Assembly (NCBI GenBank): GCA_963735185.1
Contig: CAVTJV010000007.1
Coordinates: forward strand, 200,566 to 264,565
DNA: 64,000 bases
Direction: 5' to 3'
Origin: an uncultured Thermoplasmata archaeon
GTDB lineage: Archaea > Thermoplasmatota > Thermoplasmata > Lutacidiplasmatales > UBA184
The notes under the pieces were generated by a model, which was given only the letters and a program-made list of their open reading frames with translations, ran no database searches and was not told the DNA's origin. The translations under genes and the position numbers were made by a program. Within the stretch, counting starts at the first letter, position 1, and the number at the start of each line of letters is the position of its first letter. Below, piece by piece: positions 43,883 through 53,246 of the stretch.

Positions 43883-44624
43883 TCGCCTCGAACGTCTCCC
43901 CGTCCCAGAGCAGGATCCCGGGGGGCGATTCGGCCCCGTCGACGTACCCGTACCAGTAGACGACCGCGCCCTCGCCGAAGATCTGGGTGTACGGCGCGAG
44001 CTGGCGGCGTAGGTTCTTCCGAAGCTCGACGTCGTCCCCGAAGTTCGCCTTCGACTCGATCCACGTGAGCTTCTGCCCGTAGAAGATGATCGGCTCATCG
44101 AGCAAGGCGTCCGGCGTCTTCGCGTACTTGCCGCGGAGCTCCTTCTCGGTCCGGAAGCCGATCCCGTGCTTCTCGAGCCAGGTCTGGAGGCGCTCCTCGC
44201 CCTTTCGGCCGCGCTCCCGCTGGAGCTCCATGCCGTGCGGGGAGTAGATCATGTCCGCCGCAAGGAGCTCCTCGATCTCCTTTCGGAGGCGGGCGTCGGG
44301 GGCCGTCTCGGGGTGCAGGAACGCGCCCCAGACCTTCTTCCGGGGGATCCCAAGCTCTCCGAGCATCTGCTGGCCCATCAGGACCGGGGGGAACTTCCAC
44401 TCTGTTGCGATGTCGAGGATCGAACGTCCGTGCTTCCACTGGGAAACGAGCCGAGGGAGCTGGCGCTTGACGACGTAGAAACGGCGGGTCGCGTCGCGCG
44501 TGACGCGGTGCGTGTGGATGACGAAGAGGAGCTCTTCGTTCCAATGCTCGCTGTGCGCGACCCGATGGACGTCCTCGTAAGTGGCAAGAGCCTCGTAGAG
44601 GCGCTGGTAGGTCGCTCGGTCCAT
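43740..44624 (-). CDS. C15orf41/CDIN1-like PD-(D/E)xK nuclease family protein
   Basis: GEERL..L, TE..LR, KTPD, WIESKANFGD, G.VVYWYGY pattern. Confidence 0.75.
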   Translation of the reverse strand: MDRATYQRLYEALATYEDVHRVAHSEHWNEELLFVIHTHRVTRDATRRFYVVKRQLPRLVSQWKHGRSILDIATEWKFPPVLMGQQMLGELGIPRKKVWGAFLHPETAPDARLRKEIEELLAADMIYSPHGMELQRERGRKGEERLQTWLEKHGIGFRTEKELRGKYAKTPDALLDEPIIFYGQKLTWIESKANFGDDVELRKNLRRQLAPYTQIFGEGAVVYWYGYVDGAESPPGILLWDGETFEAITPVVPPRSERPHVAHPSRDHARPGHPAPPHGAPGSGHDGSGGAPPP

Positions 44625-44716
44625 GGGATACGGTGTTCAGGGGATAGCGTCCCGAGCCGTGGGCGGGTAAAACGTTACGCCGGAGCAGGGCGGGCGGCCG
44701 GCGCGGACTTCCACCG

Positions 44717-45526
44717 TCATTCCCGCCAGTCGATCCCGATGGTCCGCAGCCGCACCTTGGGGACCGGGGGCATCCGTCGCTTGTGGCGGAATTCGATGAC
44801 CCGCTCCGCGACCGAGCGTACGCGTTCGAGGGAAAACCCGGTGATGGTGGCGATCTCCTCCTCGGTGCGCAGCTGCTCGAGGCCGTAGAGGATCTGGTCC
44901 ACGTCCGCGTAGGAGATCCCGAGCTCATCCTCGTCGGTCTGCCCTTCCCACAGCCCCGCCGTCGGGGGTCGCTCCCGGATGGCGGCGGGCAGAGCGAGCT
45001 CCTGCGCGACCGCCCGCACGTCCGTCTTGTAGAGGTCCCCGATGGGGAGCAGGTCGACGCCCCCGTCCCCGTACTTGGTGAAGTACCCGAGCAGGAGCTC
45101 GGACTTGTTCCCTGTGCCCGCGACGAGGAGATGCCGCTCGCGCGCGATGGCGTAGAGAACGGTCATCCGAATCCGGGCCTTCACGTTGCCGAGAGAGACC
45201 GGGTCGGTGAGCTCGGGAAGCAGCGTCCGGTACGCCCTCTCGACCGGCTCGATCCCGATCGTCCGGGACCCGATCCCCAACTCGCGCGCGTACGCTTCGG
45301 TCTCTTCCCGGAGCGGGTCCGGGAACGGGGCGTCGGGCAGGAGCACCCCGAGGACGTGGTCAGCGCCGAGCGCGTCGCGGGCGATCCGCGCCACGAGCGC
45401 GCTATCGATCCCGCCGGAAAGTCCGACCACGACACCGTCCGCGCCGCTCCCGAGCGCGTGGGCCCTCAGGAACTGGCCGATGGTGTCGACCGCGTGCGCC
45501 GGTACCCGAGGGACGAGGCTGGTCAC
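44717..45526 (-). CDS. nadE: NH3-dependent NAD+ synthetase
   Basis: GLSGGIDS, NVKARIRM, GTGNKSE, GYFTKYGDG, PTAGLWEGQTDE. Confidence 0.95.
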   Translation of the reverse strand: MTSLVPRVPAHAVDTIGQFLRAHALGSGADGVVVGLSGGIDSALVARIARDALGADHVLGVLLPDAPFPDPLREETEAYARELGIGSRTIGIEPVERAYRTLLPELTDPVSLGNVKARIRMTVLYAIARERHLLVAGTGNKSELLLGYFTKYGDGGVDLLPIGDLYKTDVRAVAQELALPAAIRERPPTAGLWEGQTDEDELGISYADVDQILYGLEQLRTEEEIATITGFSLERVRSVAERVIEFRHKRRMPPVPKVRLRTIGIDWRE

Positions 45527-46548
45527 GCTTCCACCCCGAGCGGAGCGTAGTCGAGCGACGCCCGCCACGGCGCCCGGCACTCGCAGTCGAGGCCGTCGAG
45601 CGGGCCGAACTCCTGGGCGAGCGACGCCTCCTGGACCGTGGCGAGGACCCGGGCGTCGCAGTTGCCGCAGTTGTGCGGACCCCGCGCGAGCCCTCCCGCG
45701 GTCGGGAAGGAGACGAGACGCGTAGCGGCGCCGCGGACCGCGGCCCCTTCTCGCAGGGCGTCTACGAGCGACCACAGCCACGGGGGTCGGTACCGCCCCC
45801 GGTGGTACAGCCACTCGACCACGGTTCCGTTCTGGATATGCACTGGGTTGACCGAGACCGTATTGAAATGCGGAGCGGCCTCCCGGACCGAACGCACGAC
45901 GTCCGCGACGGCCTCCGACTCCATGAGGTACGGCGGCTTCAGGAGAAGGTAGGCCTTCGTGCGGGCACCGAGCGCGGAGAGGCGGTCGGCCGCCGCGAGG
46001 TACTCCGACGGGGACGACCCTTTGTTGACGAACCGGGCGAGGACGGTCGGGTCGGTCGACTCGAGGCCGAGCGCGCCCTCGAGCTCGCCCGCGAACGCGT
46101 CCTTCAGCGGGCCGATCGTTTCGGGCTGGACGAACTCGGGCAACGTCTCGAAGAGGAACCGCCGCGCCCGGCCCGAGAACGCGGCCACGATGGCGGCTCG
46201 GCTGGCCGGGTCAACCTCCCGGTCGTCGAGGAAGCTTCCCGAGGTGTAGACCTTCACGTACGGCTCGTCATGGTATCGGGAGAGGGCGCGGGCGAGCTGC
46301 TCGGCCAGTTCACCGGGAGTCGCGGAGCGTCCGAGCGTGTCCTTCGAGTAGCCGCACATCGAGCAGCCCTTAACGTCGGCCCAGTAGCATCCCCGGGTCT
46401 TCAGGATCAGGACGAACGCGCGGACCCGCTCGGGCCCGATCGCCTCGTCCTCGACCCACTGGTTGACGTACCGCCGCGCCTCCCCCGAAGGGGCAGGGTC
46501 GGGCCGGCGGCCCCGGGCGACCGACCGACCGATGGATTCCGGCGTCAC
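45523..46548 (-). CDS. Archaeosine biosynthesis radical SAM protein RaSEA (TIGR01210-like)
   Basis: TRGCYW....CSMCGY, YTSGSFLD, YLLLKPP, YRPPWLWS, RGPHNC. Confidence 0.88.
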   Translation of the reverse strand: MTPESIGRSVARGRRPDPAPSGEARRYVNQWVEDEAIGPERVRAFVLILKTRGCYWADVKGCSMCGYSKDTLGRSATPGELAEQLARALSRYHDEPYVKVYTSGSFLDDREVDPASRAAIVAAFSGRARRFLFETLPEFVQPETIGPLKDAFAGELEGALGLESTDPTVLARFVNKGSSPSEYLAAADRLSALGARTKAYLLLKPPYLMESEAVADVVRSVREAAPHFNTVSVNPVHIQNGTVVEWLYHRGRYRPPWLWSLVDALREGAAVRGAATRLVSFPTAGGLARGPHNCGNCDARVLATVQEASLAQEFGPLDGLDCECRAPWRASLDYAPLGVEA

Positions 46549-47249
46549 GATTCCTCGATGGCGACCTGGACGAGGTCGTTGTCCTTGACGTGCAGCGCTT
46601 CCCGGAGACAATCGCGGGCGATGAACTCGATGACGTCCTTGTAGTGACTGCGGTCGGGATGGATGAGGTGGCAGGGATGGCCGTTCATTCGGGCGGGAAA
46701 GCACGTCGCCCCGCCGAACGTCCGTCCGCTCGCGTGGAACCCGTCGATGGGCACGCCGGTCCACTCGGAGACGAGGGAGGCCCGGCGGAGGGCTTCGGGC
46801 CCCACCCGCACGTTGAGCGTTCCGGGATACGGCGAGTATCCAAGCCTCTCGGTGAACTGGATGACGTACCCCGGCTGGCTGAGGTAGTACCTCCCCTCCC
46901 CCAAGCCCGATGCGACCTTCCCCGAGAGCGAGATCTTGGCCGGACCTTCGAAGATCCGGCGATAGCCATGATACTCGGTCCGCAGCAGCTGCATCCCGGC
47001 CGGGGTCAGCAGGAGGCGCTGGCGTCGCTGGGCGAGGGAACGGGTGAGCAGCCCCTTCGCCTCGAGGGCGAGCAGGTATCGGTCGGCAGCCTGCTGGCTG
47101 ACCCCGATCCGTTCGCCGACCTCGCGCGAGGTGAGCACGACCGCGGTGTGGTCGCCGCCCGCGATCGCGAGCAGCTTGAGGACCGCGAGCGCCTCGCCCT
47201 TCGGGCGGGGGCGGCCGTCCTCGAAGCGGGCGCCGGCGGAGGGGCCCAT
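46545..47249 (-). CDS. ribK: CTP-dependent riboflavin kinase with N-terminal winged HTH
   Basis: SQQAA HTH, SGLGEGRYY, PYPGTLN, GRTFG. Confidence 0.92.
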   Translation of the reverse strand: MGPSAGARFEDGRPRPKGEALAVLKLLAIAGGDHTAVVLTSREVGERIGVSQQAADRYLLALEAKGLLTRSLAQRRQRLLLTPAGMQLLRTEYHGYRRIFEGPAKISLSGKVASGLGEGRYYLSQPGYVIQFTERLGYSPYPGTLNVRVGPEALRRASLVSEWTGVPIDGFHASGRTFGGATCFPARMNGHPCHLIHPDRSHYKDVIEFIARDCLREALHVKDNDLVQVAIEES

Positions 47250-47491
47250 CAGGACGGCTTCCCTGCCGCGCCTTGCGGGGCGTTCAGGGTGACGACGTTC
47301 GACCCACGCAGGACGACTCGGCCCAAATGTCGGGTCACCTCGGACGTACGCTCTTCCGCGTCGTCGAGGACAACGTTCATGTGCTCGTCCACGCCGAGGA
47401 GCTTCCCCGTGAGCGTCCGAGAGTCCTTCAGCTCGAGCGTCACCCGCTGCTGAAGGAGGCGTTCCACGACGTACGTTGGGCCGTCGGCCAT
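47249..47491 (-). CDS. Sm-like (Lsm/SmAP) protein
   Basis: GKLLGVDEHMNVVL and VLRGSNVV Sm motifs. Confidence 0.93.
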   Translation of the reverse strand: MADGPTYVVERLLQQRVTLELKDSRTLTGKLLGVDEHMNVVLDDAEERTSEVTRHLGRVVLRGSNVVTLNAPQGAAGKPS

Positions 47492-47573
47492 CGCGAGCAC
47501 GACCGGGGCGTGGCCTTTAGCGTTTTCCGGGCAGGGCGAACGATAATATCTGAGCCGTCGGGTTCCGCCAGCC

Positions 47574-48701
47574 GTGCCGCCGCCCCTGGCTTCGAAGGGA
47601 TTGGACGACGTGGTCGTGGGGAAGTCCCGGGTCTCGTGGGTGGGCGGGACGACCGGCGACCTCACCTACCGCGGGTTCGATGTGCGCGAGCTCGTCCCCG
47701 GCATCCCCTACGAATCGGTCGTCCATCTGCTCCTCTACGGGGACCCTCCCACCTCCGACCCGTCGCCCGAGGTCGTCCTTGCGTTGAAGGCGGCCCGCAC
47801 GCCTCCCGCGGGCGCGGTACGGGTCGTCGACGCGCTGCCGGCGGAACTGCCCCCGCTCGAGGCGCTGCGCACGATCCTTTCGTCGCTCGGAGACGGGACC
47901 TTCGACTACCCACCGAGCCTCGGGGACGGTTTCCGGCTCATCGCCCAGACTCCGGTGCTCCTGGCTCGGTTCGTGCGTCGGTCCCGGGGCGAGAACCCCG
48001 TGGCCTCGGACCCGGAGCTCTCCCACGCGGCGAACTACCTGAGGATGCTCACCGGCACGGAACCGCCGCCCGAACGGGTCCGAGCGCTCGAGGGATACCT
48101 GTGCCTGCTCGCGGACCACGGGATGAGCGCCTCGACGTTCGCGCTGCGCGTGACCATATCGACCCAGTCGGACCTCATCAGCGCGGCCACCGCGGCCCTG
48201 GCCGCGCTCAAGGGCCCGCTCCACGGGGGCGCGCCGAGCCGGGTGTCCGACATGCTGGACGCGGTCGGAACTCCCGACCGCGCGGAGGCCTGGGTCGCCG
48301 AACGCCTCGCTCGGCGGGAACTCCTGTTCGGGTTCGGGCATCGGGCGTACAAGACCGACGACCCGAGGAGTGGGGTCCTTCAGGGGATCGCGCGTTCGGT
48401 CGCCGACCCGGCCCGGTTCGAGCTGGCCGAGGCGGTCGAGCGGGCCGGACTCGCCGCCCTGCGGCGGGCGCGACCGGAGGCGCGGCTGTTCACCAACGTC
48501 GACTTCTACGGCGCGGTCGTCCTCGAGGCCGTCGGGCTCCCCCGCGAGCTGTTCACCCCGACCTTCGCGGTGGCCCGCACGGTCGGCTGGACCGCGCACG
48601 CGCTCGAGCAGGCCGCCGACAACCGGCTCATCCGGCCGGAAGTCGAATATGTCGGGCCGCCGAAGGGCCGCGAGTGGCCTCGGCCGTTCCCTGCCGGGTG
48701 A
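47574..48701 (+). CDS. gltA: Citrate synthase family protein
   Basis: DHGMSAST, LKGPLHGGA, GFGHRAYK..DPR, NVDFY. Confidence 0.9.
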   Translation: MPPPLASKGLDDVVVGKSRVSWVGGTTGDLTYRGFDVRELVPGIPYESVVHLLLYGDPPTSDPSPEVVLALKAARTPPAGAVRVVDALPAELPPLEALRTILSSLGDGTFDYPPSLGDGFRLIAQTPVLLARFVRRSRGENPVASDPELSHAANYLRMLTGTEPPPERVRALEGYLCLLADHGMSASTFALRVTISTQSDLISAATAALAALKGPLHGGAPSRVSDMLDAVGTPDRAEAWVAERLARRELLFGFGHRAYKTDDPRSGVLQGIARSVADPARFELAEAVERAGLAALRRARPEARLFTNVDFYGAVVLEAVGLPRELFTPTFAVARTVGWTAHALEQAADNRLIRPEVEYVGPPKGREWPRPFPAG

Positions 48702-48713
48702 CGGAGAGAACCC

Positions 48714-50618
48714 CTACGGGGGGTTCTTCTCCCCGTTGTTGTCGGAATCGACGACCTTGAAGTCCGCGTCGACGGGTCCCGTCCCGCCCGAAGGCGGCGG
48801 CGTGTCCGTGGGCCCTGCACCGGGCGGAGCCTCGGCGCCGCCCGCACCGGGCGGCGGGGTCGAGGATGACTGGTAGAGCTTCTGGGCCACCGCGTGCAAC
48901 GCCCTCGTCAACTCGTCCGTGCGGTCCCGGATCTCCTGGACCGTCACGTCCTTCTTCTCGATGAGCTCCCGGAGCGCCTTCACCTTCTCCCGGATGGAGT
49001 CGGCCTCGCTGCCGGAGAGCTTCTCCTTCGCATCGGTGAGGACCCGCTCGGCCTCGTACGCGAGGGACTCGGCGGTGTTGCGCGCTTGGATGACCTCGGC
49101 CCGTTCCCGGTCCTTCTCGGCGAACTCCTCCGCCTGATGGACCATCTTGGCAACCTCGTCCTTCGAGAGCTTGTTCGACGCGCTGATCGTGATCCCCTGC
49201 TTGCGGCCCGTAGCGAGGTCCTTCGCGGAGACGCTGAGGATCCCGTTGGCATCGATGTCGAACGAAACCTCGATCTGGGGGACGCCCCGGGGCGCGGGAG
49301 GGATGCCGTTCAGGAGGAAGCTTCCGAGCGGGACGTTGTCCGCCGCGATCGGGCGCTCGCCCTGATAGACCTTGATCTCGACCGTCGACTGGCTGTCCGC
49401 GGCCGTGGTGAAGATCTGGCTCTTCCGGGTCGGGATCGTGGTGTTGCGCTCGATGAGATGGGTAGAGACCCCGCCCAGGGTCTCGAGCCCGAGCGAGAGC
49501 GGCGTCACGTCGAGCAACACCACGTCCTTGACCTCCCCGGCGAGCACGCCGCCCTGGACGGCCGCGCCCATCGCGACGCACTCCATCGGGTCGACGCCGT
49601 GCTCGATCGGACGGCCGATGGTCTGTTCGAGGAACTTCTGCACGATCGGCATCCGGGTCGGACCGCCGACCAGGACGACCCGGCTGATCTGGTCCCGAGT
49701 GATCTTCGCGTCCTTGATGGCCTGCTCGACCGGGGCCCGGCATCGGTCCACGATCGGTCGGACGAGCTCCTCGAGCTTCGCCCGGGTCAACGGGAGCGCG
49801 AGGTGCTTCGGGCCTTCGTTGGTCGCCGTGAGGAACGGGAGGTTGATCTGGGATTCCATGGTCGAGGAGAGCTCGATCTTCGCCTTCTCGGCCGCGTCGC
49901 GCACCCGCTGCATCGCCATCTTGTCGGACCGGATGTTGACGCCCGACTCCTTCTGGAACTCCGCCGCGATCCACTCGGTGATCGCGTTGTCCATGTCAGT
50001 GCCGCCGAGCTGGGTGTCGCCGCTCGTCGACATGACCTCGAAGACCCCTTCGCCGAAGTCCATGAGGGTCACGTCGAGGGTCCCGCCGCCGAGGTCGAAG
50101 ACGAGGATCTTCTGGGCCTTGGTTGCCTTGTCGAGCCCGTACGCGAGCGACGCGGCGGTCGGCTCGTTGATGATACGGATGACCTCCAGGCCGGCGATCG
50201 CGCCCGCGTCCTTCGTCGCCTGACGCTGGTTGTCGTTGAAGTAGGCCGGGACGGTGATGACGGCCTTCTCGACCTTGTCACCGAGGAACGCCTCCGCGTC
50301 CCGCTTGATCTTCTGGAGCAGGAACGCGGACAGCTGCTGCGGCGTGTACTTCTTTCCGTGGAGGGTGTACTGGTAGTCCGTGCCCATCTTCCGCTTGAAC
50401 GCGGTGACGGTCCCTTCCGGGTTCGAGATGGCCTGGCGGCGCGCGGGCTCCCCGACGATCAGCTGACCGTCCTTCGTGAACGCCACGTACGAGGGGAACG
50501 CCTTCCCTCCCCCGACCGTCGTGCCTTCCGAGCTCGGAATGATCACCGGGCGTCCGCCTTCGAGCACGGCCGCCGCGGAATTGCTGGTCCCAAGGTCGAT
50601 CCCTATGATCTTTGACAT
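48714..50618 (-). CDS. dnaK: Chaperone DnaK (Hsp70)
   Basis: [36 protein letters not shown]. Confidence 0.98.
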   Translation of the reverse strand: MSKIIGIDLGTSNSAAAVLEGGRPVIIPSSEGTTVGGGKAFPSYVAFTKDGQLIVGEPARRQAISNPEGTVTAFKRKMGTDYQYTLHGKKYTPQQLSAFLLQKIKRDAEAFLGDKVEKAVITVPAYFNDNQRQATKDAGAIAGLEVIRIINEPTAASLAYGLDKATKAQKILVFDLGGGTLDVTLMDFGEGVFEVMSTSGDTQLGGTDMDNAITEWIAAEFQKESGVNIRSDKMAMQRVRDAAEKAKIELSSTMESQINLPFLTATNEGPKHLALPLTRAKLEELVRPIVDRCRAPVEQAIKDAKITRDQISRVVLVGGPTRMPIVQKFLEQTIGRPIEHGVDPMECVAMGAAVQGGVLAGEVKDVVLLDVTPLSLGLETLGGVSTHLIERNTTIPTRKSQIFTTAADSQSTVEIKVYQGERPIAADNVPLGSFLLNGIPPAPRGVPQIEVSFDIDANGILSVSAKDLATGRKQGITISASNKLSKDEVAKMVHQAEEFAEKDRERAEVIQARNTAESLAYEAERVLTDAKEKLSGSEADSIREKVKALRELIEKKDVTVQEIRDRTDELTRALHAVAQKLYQSSSTPPPGAGGAEAPPGAGPTDTPPPSGGTGPVDADFKVVDSDNNGEKNPP

Positions 50619-50690
50619 GGTTGTGTTCCCAGGGCCTCCATCGCCTGACGGTGGGTCCGAGGGTTCCTTCGCGATAAGTAAGAAAGCGCT

Positions 50691-50700
50691 CATATAAAAA
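50691..50700 (-). promoter_or_regulatory. dnaK TATA box
   Basis: TTTTTATATG on the minus strand upstream of dnaK. Confidence 0.7.
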
Positions 50701-50705
50701 GACAC

Positions 50706-50714
50706 CTTGACCGC
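50706..50714. repeat. Left target-site duplication CTTGACCGC
   Basis: Identical to 55490-55498; abuts the left inverted repeat. Confidence 0.88.
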
Positions 50715-50736
50715 GGTTCTGCTTTAATTCGTCCGG
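50715..50736 (+). repeat. Left terminal inverted repeat
   Basis: First 10 bp and the inner TCGTCCGG match the right end; a further AATCGTCCGG at 50765-50774. Confidence 0.85.
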
Positions 50737-50813
50737 CGGAGGCCCCATGAATAGGGACAATTCAAATCGTCCGGTGGGTGCCGGTGGGACCACCGACCGA
50801 TTCAAGTCAGGAA

Positions 50814-51825
50814 ATGCCGATGGGTATGGCGATGGGAGCGGGACAGAGACCAATCTATCTGGAGCCCATCCCAGAAATCCGAAGGAGGCTTCAGCTCTAC
50901 TACCTGACCCACCCGAGAGCACGATTCGCAGTTCAGATTGGAGGTACTCGCGGCGGTCTCCTTAGCGGTCCTCGCCTCCCTGTTCTCTGCCGTCCACCTG
51001 CCTCCGAATTACGTTCTTCCGGTGTATGTCGCAGCGGTAACAACGATCGCCCTGGCGGTGACCGTGATTAGCCTATTGGGGCTGAGAGGGCGGTTCACGG
51101 GACTGATCCCGGCGAACGACCCCGGCCACTACAAGCTTCCATACCTTCCAGAAGGGGCCGACCCCTCTAAGGCGGTCATCGGGCGGTTTAGAATACCCGG
51201 ATATCTGGTCTCCGGGACGTACCCAAAAGGCATCGCGGGAGACAACGCGCGGAGGGGGCAGTTCCAGTGGCAGTATCCGCCCGGTCAGAAGCAGACGTTT
51301 AGAACGCTCCAATTCAAATTCGGAGCGATAGCGGTACACGCCACCGGTCGTGATGCAAGGGAAGTCCGGGCCCATGCCAAGATTAGAGTGAGTCACGGGG
51401 TACTTGGGAGCGTTACACCCCATGAGTGGTGCCCTATCGGTCAACTGAACTGGTACTTCGAGTCTTGGGAGGAACGCTTGTGGGGCGATGAGAAACTAGT
51501 CGATGGCGTGCTCACCTACCCCACTCTTGACTACGTCTTCGACTCTCCGAGCCTCGGCTTGAACAAGTTCCTACACAATCCCGAAGTTACGATCCATAGG
51601 GACCAGGGCCACTACCTGCCGCTCTACTACATGCGCGAGGGCTGCTCCGAGGTGTTTCTCTGCGCACAAACCCAATCTCAGATTGCCGGCAGAAGCCCCG
51701 ATGACAACCCAGTTGACTTCGACATCGAACTAGTCATTTCGGCCCTAGATTTTCGGCAGCGGACACTCAAGCTCCACTGCACGGCAAAGTGGGACGTCCT
51801 CACTGTCGAGGTGGGAAAGTGGTAG
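50814..51825 (+). CDS. Transposon cargo: hypothetical protein with two N-terminal TM helices; apparent +1 frameshift at 50943
   Basis: Removing G50943 joins ...RARFAVQIG to VLAAVSLAVLASLF... of the 295-aa ORF; exact start uncertain. Confidence 0.65.
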
Positions 51826-51921
51826 CTTCACTCTGCGGCGGCCCGAATCTCGACCTTAGTCTTTCGACCGCGGGGCTATTCGCTCGCACGATCAACCTCC
51901 GCCGGCGATGAGGCTGTTCTA

Positions 51922-52266
51922 TCATTTCTTGTGATGGCTTCGTTTCTTGCCCTTCGCTGCCTTCGCCTTTTCCTTCTCCGAAACGCGTTTCTTGTAGGCC
52001 TCGGCCCTCTCCTGGGCCTCCCTCAGGGCGGCATCGGGGTCCTCTGTGATGTCAATCACGACCACCCTCTGCCAGCTAGGGTGAACTCGCAAGATACGGC
52101 AGGTCCCCTGGTCGACCAACTTTGGAAACTTCTCGACTCGACCGTACCCCTTCTCAGGGTAATCCCGGGATGCGGTAGTTCGCGCCAAGGCAATCCCGGC
52201 ACAATGAGTGGCCAGATATCTCAATCTGACGACGCGTGGGCCTAATGCGGGATGAACGCGGGCCAT
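51922..52266 (-). CDS. Transposon cargo: hypothetical protein with a Lys-rich C-terminus
   Basis: 114-aa ORF starting next to the repeat array; no motif recognised. Confidence 0.55.
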   Translation of the reverse strand: MARVHPALGPRVVRLRYLATHCAGIALARTTASRDYPEKGYGRVEKFPKLVDQGTCRILRVHPSWQRVVVIDITEDPDAALREAQERAEAYKKRVSEKEKAKAAKGKKRSHHKK

Positions 52267-52282
52267 TCGTCACGGAGGAGTA

Positions 52283-52420
52283 GTGCGCACTGGGTGCGCA
52301 CCAGTTCTCCTTTAACTTGCCAAGGGGTGCACTAAGTGTGCACTGAGTGCGCACTCGGTGCACACCAATTCTTCACGAACTTGCCAAAGGGGTGCACTAA
52401 GTGCGCACTAAGTGCACACA
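52283..52420. repeat. Array of GTGCRCAC-like boxes with 11-bp period inside a ~64-bp tandem duplication
   Basis: About nine GTGCGCAC/GTGCACAC/GTGCAC boxes in groups, separated twice by TTCT..AACTTGCCAA(A)GGG. Confidence 0.9.
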
Positions 52421-52496
52421 AATGTTACGTTTTTCATGGCACTCCATTCTAGCTTATGTACTAGGCGTGGGATTCCATGCCAAAGGTAGGGCCGAA

Positions 52497-52931
52497 GTGA
52501 AAGCGACAATTGGGTCGGTCATAGTCGAGGGCACTCCTCGGGAGGTTGCCGAGCTTGCGCGTGAGCTGGGGTTACATCCTCCGAAGGCCGAGCCCCGGGG
52601 GGACTCACAGGGCGGGGCGACTAACGCTCCCCCTATCGGTGGGGTTACTCCCTTCATACAGTCAACTCTCACGCCGCCCATCAGCATCGAAGCGGTGCTA
52701 AAGCGGATCAAGGCAACCGACCAGGAGGCGGTTGACGCGCTGCTTCGACAGAAGCCGAGTGCCAGCGTCCATGACTTTCTTACCGTCCTCGTTGGCATCG
52801 ACCCCGAGATGGTACTCAGGGGTAGGCGGAACCCGGTCTACACTCGCACCTACAACCGGCTCGCCGCGGCGAGGAGGAAACTCGGGCTCCTAGCACCGAG
52901 CGTTGCCAAGTCCCAGAAGGCGTTACCATGA
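52497..52931 (+). CDS. Transposon cargo: hypothetical protein, possibly DNA-binding
   Basis: GTG start, IVEGTPREVAEL N-terminus, basic helical C-terminus; divergent from 52266 across the repeat array. Confidence 0.65.
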   Translation: MKATIGSVIVEGTPREVAELARELGLHPPKAEPRGDSQGGATNAPPIGGVTPFIQSTLTPPISIEAVLKRIKATDQEAVDALLRQKPSASVHDFLTVLVGIDPEMVLRGRRNPVYTRTYNRLAAARRKLGLLAPSVAKSQKALP

Positions 52932-52942
52932 AGGAGGAATCA

Positions 52943-53062
52943 ATGTTCTCAAACTCGGGAAGGAACAGGAGGGAGAGGCCGCCGCGCCACCGAGAACACT
53001 CACCCCGGCATGGAGTAGAAGTGCACCCAACTGACGCCGCGTCCTCGCCCACTTTGAGATAG
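52943..53062 (+). CDS. Possible 39-aa small ORF
   Basis: AAGGAGG Shine-Dalgarno just before ATG 52943; no other support. Confidence 0.3.
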   Translation: MFSNSGRNRRERPPRHREHSPRHGVEVHPTDAASSPTLR

Positions 53063-53158
53063 GCAGGTTCTACTTAACTCCGACGTTTCCCCGGAACATC
53101 GCGCAAAACGGCCATCTCCACGGCAGGCACGACTTCTAGGGAATGCCGTGCCGGGGTT

Positions 53159-53246
53159 GCGGGGATCGCCTAGACAGGTCAGGGCGACCGGCTTATAACC
53201 GGATGGGTGTGCAAGCACTTCGGGGGTTCAAATCCCCCTCCCCGCG
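53159..53246 (+). tRNA. Class II (Ser-type body) tRNA with UAU anticodon
   Basis: Acceptor GCGGGGA/TCCCCGC with G73; D stem GCCT/GGGC; anticodon arm ACCGG-CTTATAA-CCGGA; variable arm GGGTGT-GCAA-GCACTT; T arm GGGGG-TTCAAAT-CCCCC. Confidence 0.92.

Noticed and set aside
52283-52420. Repeat array read as a mini-CRISPR
   Set aside because: Units are about 11 bp, the intervening segments resemble each other rather than being unique spacers, and no cas genes are in the window
53159-53246. tRNA as an integration (att) site, or as evidence of AUA codon reassignment
   Set aside because: It lies in the middle of the element with no duplicated 3' fragment and no integrase; ATA codons in cargo and host genes sit in Ile-like contexts (for example GTC ATA GTC) and tiaS is intact
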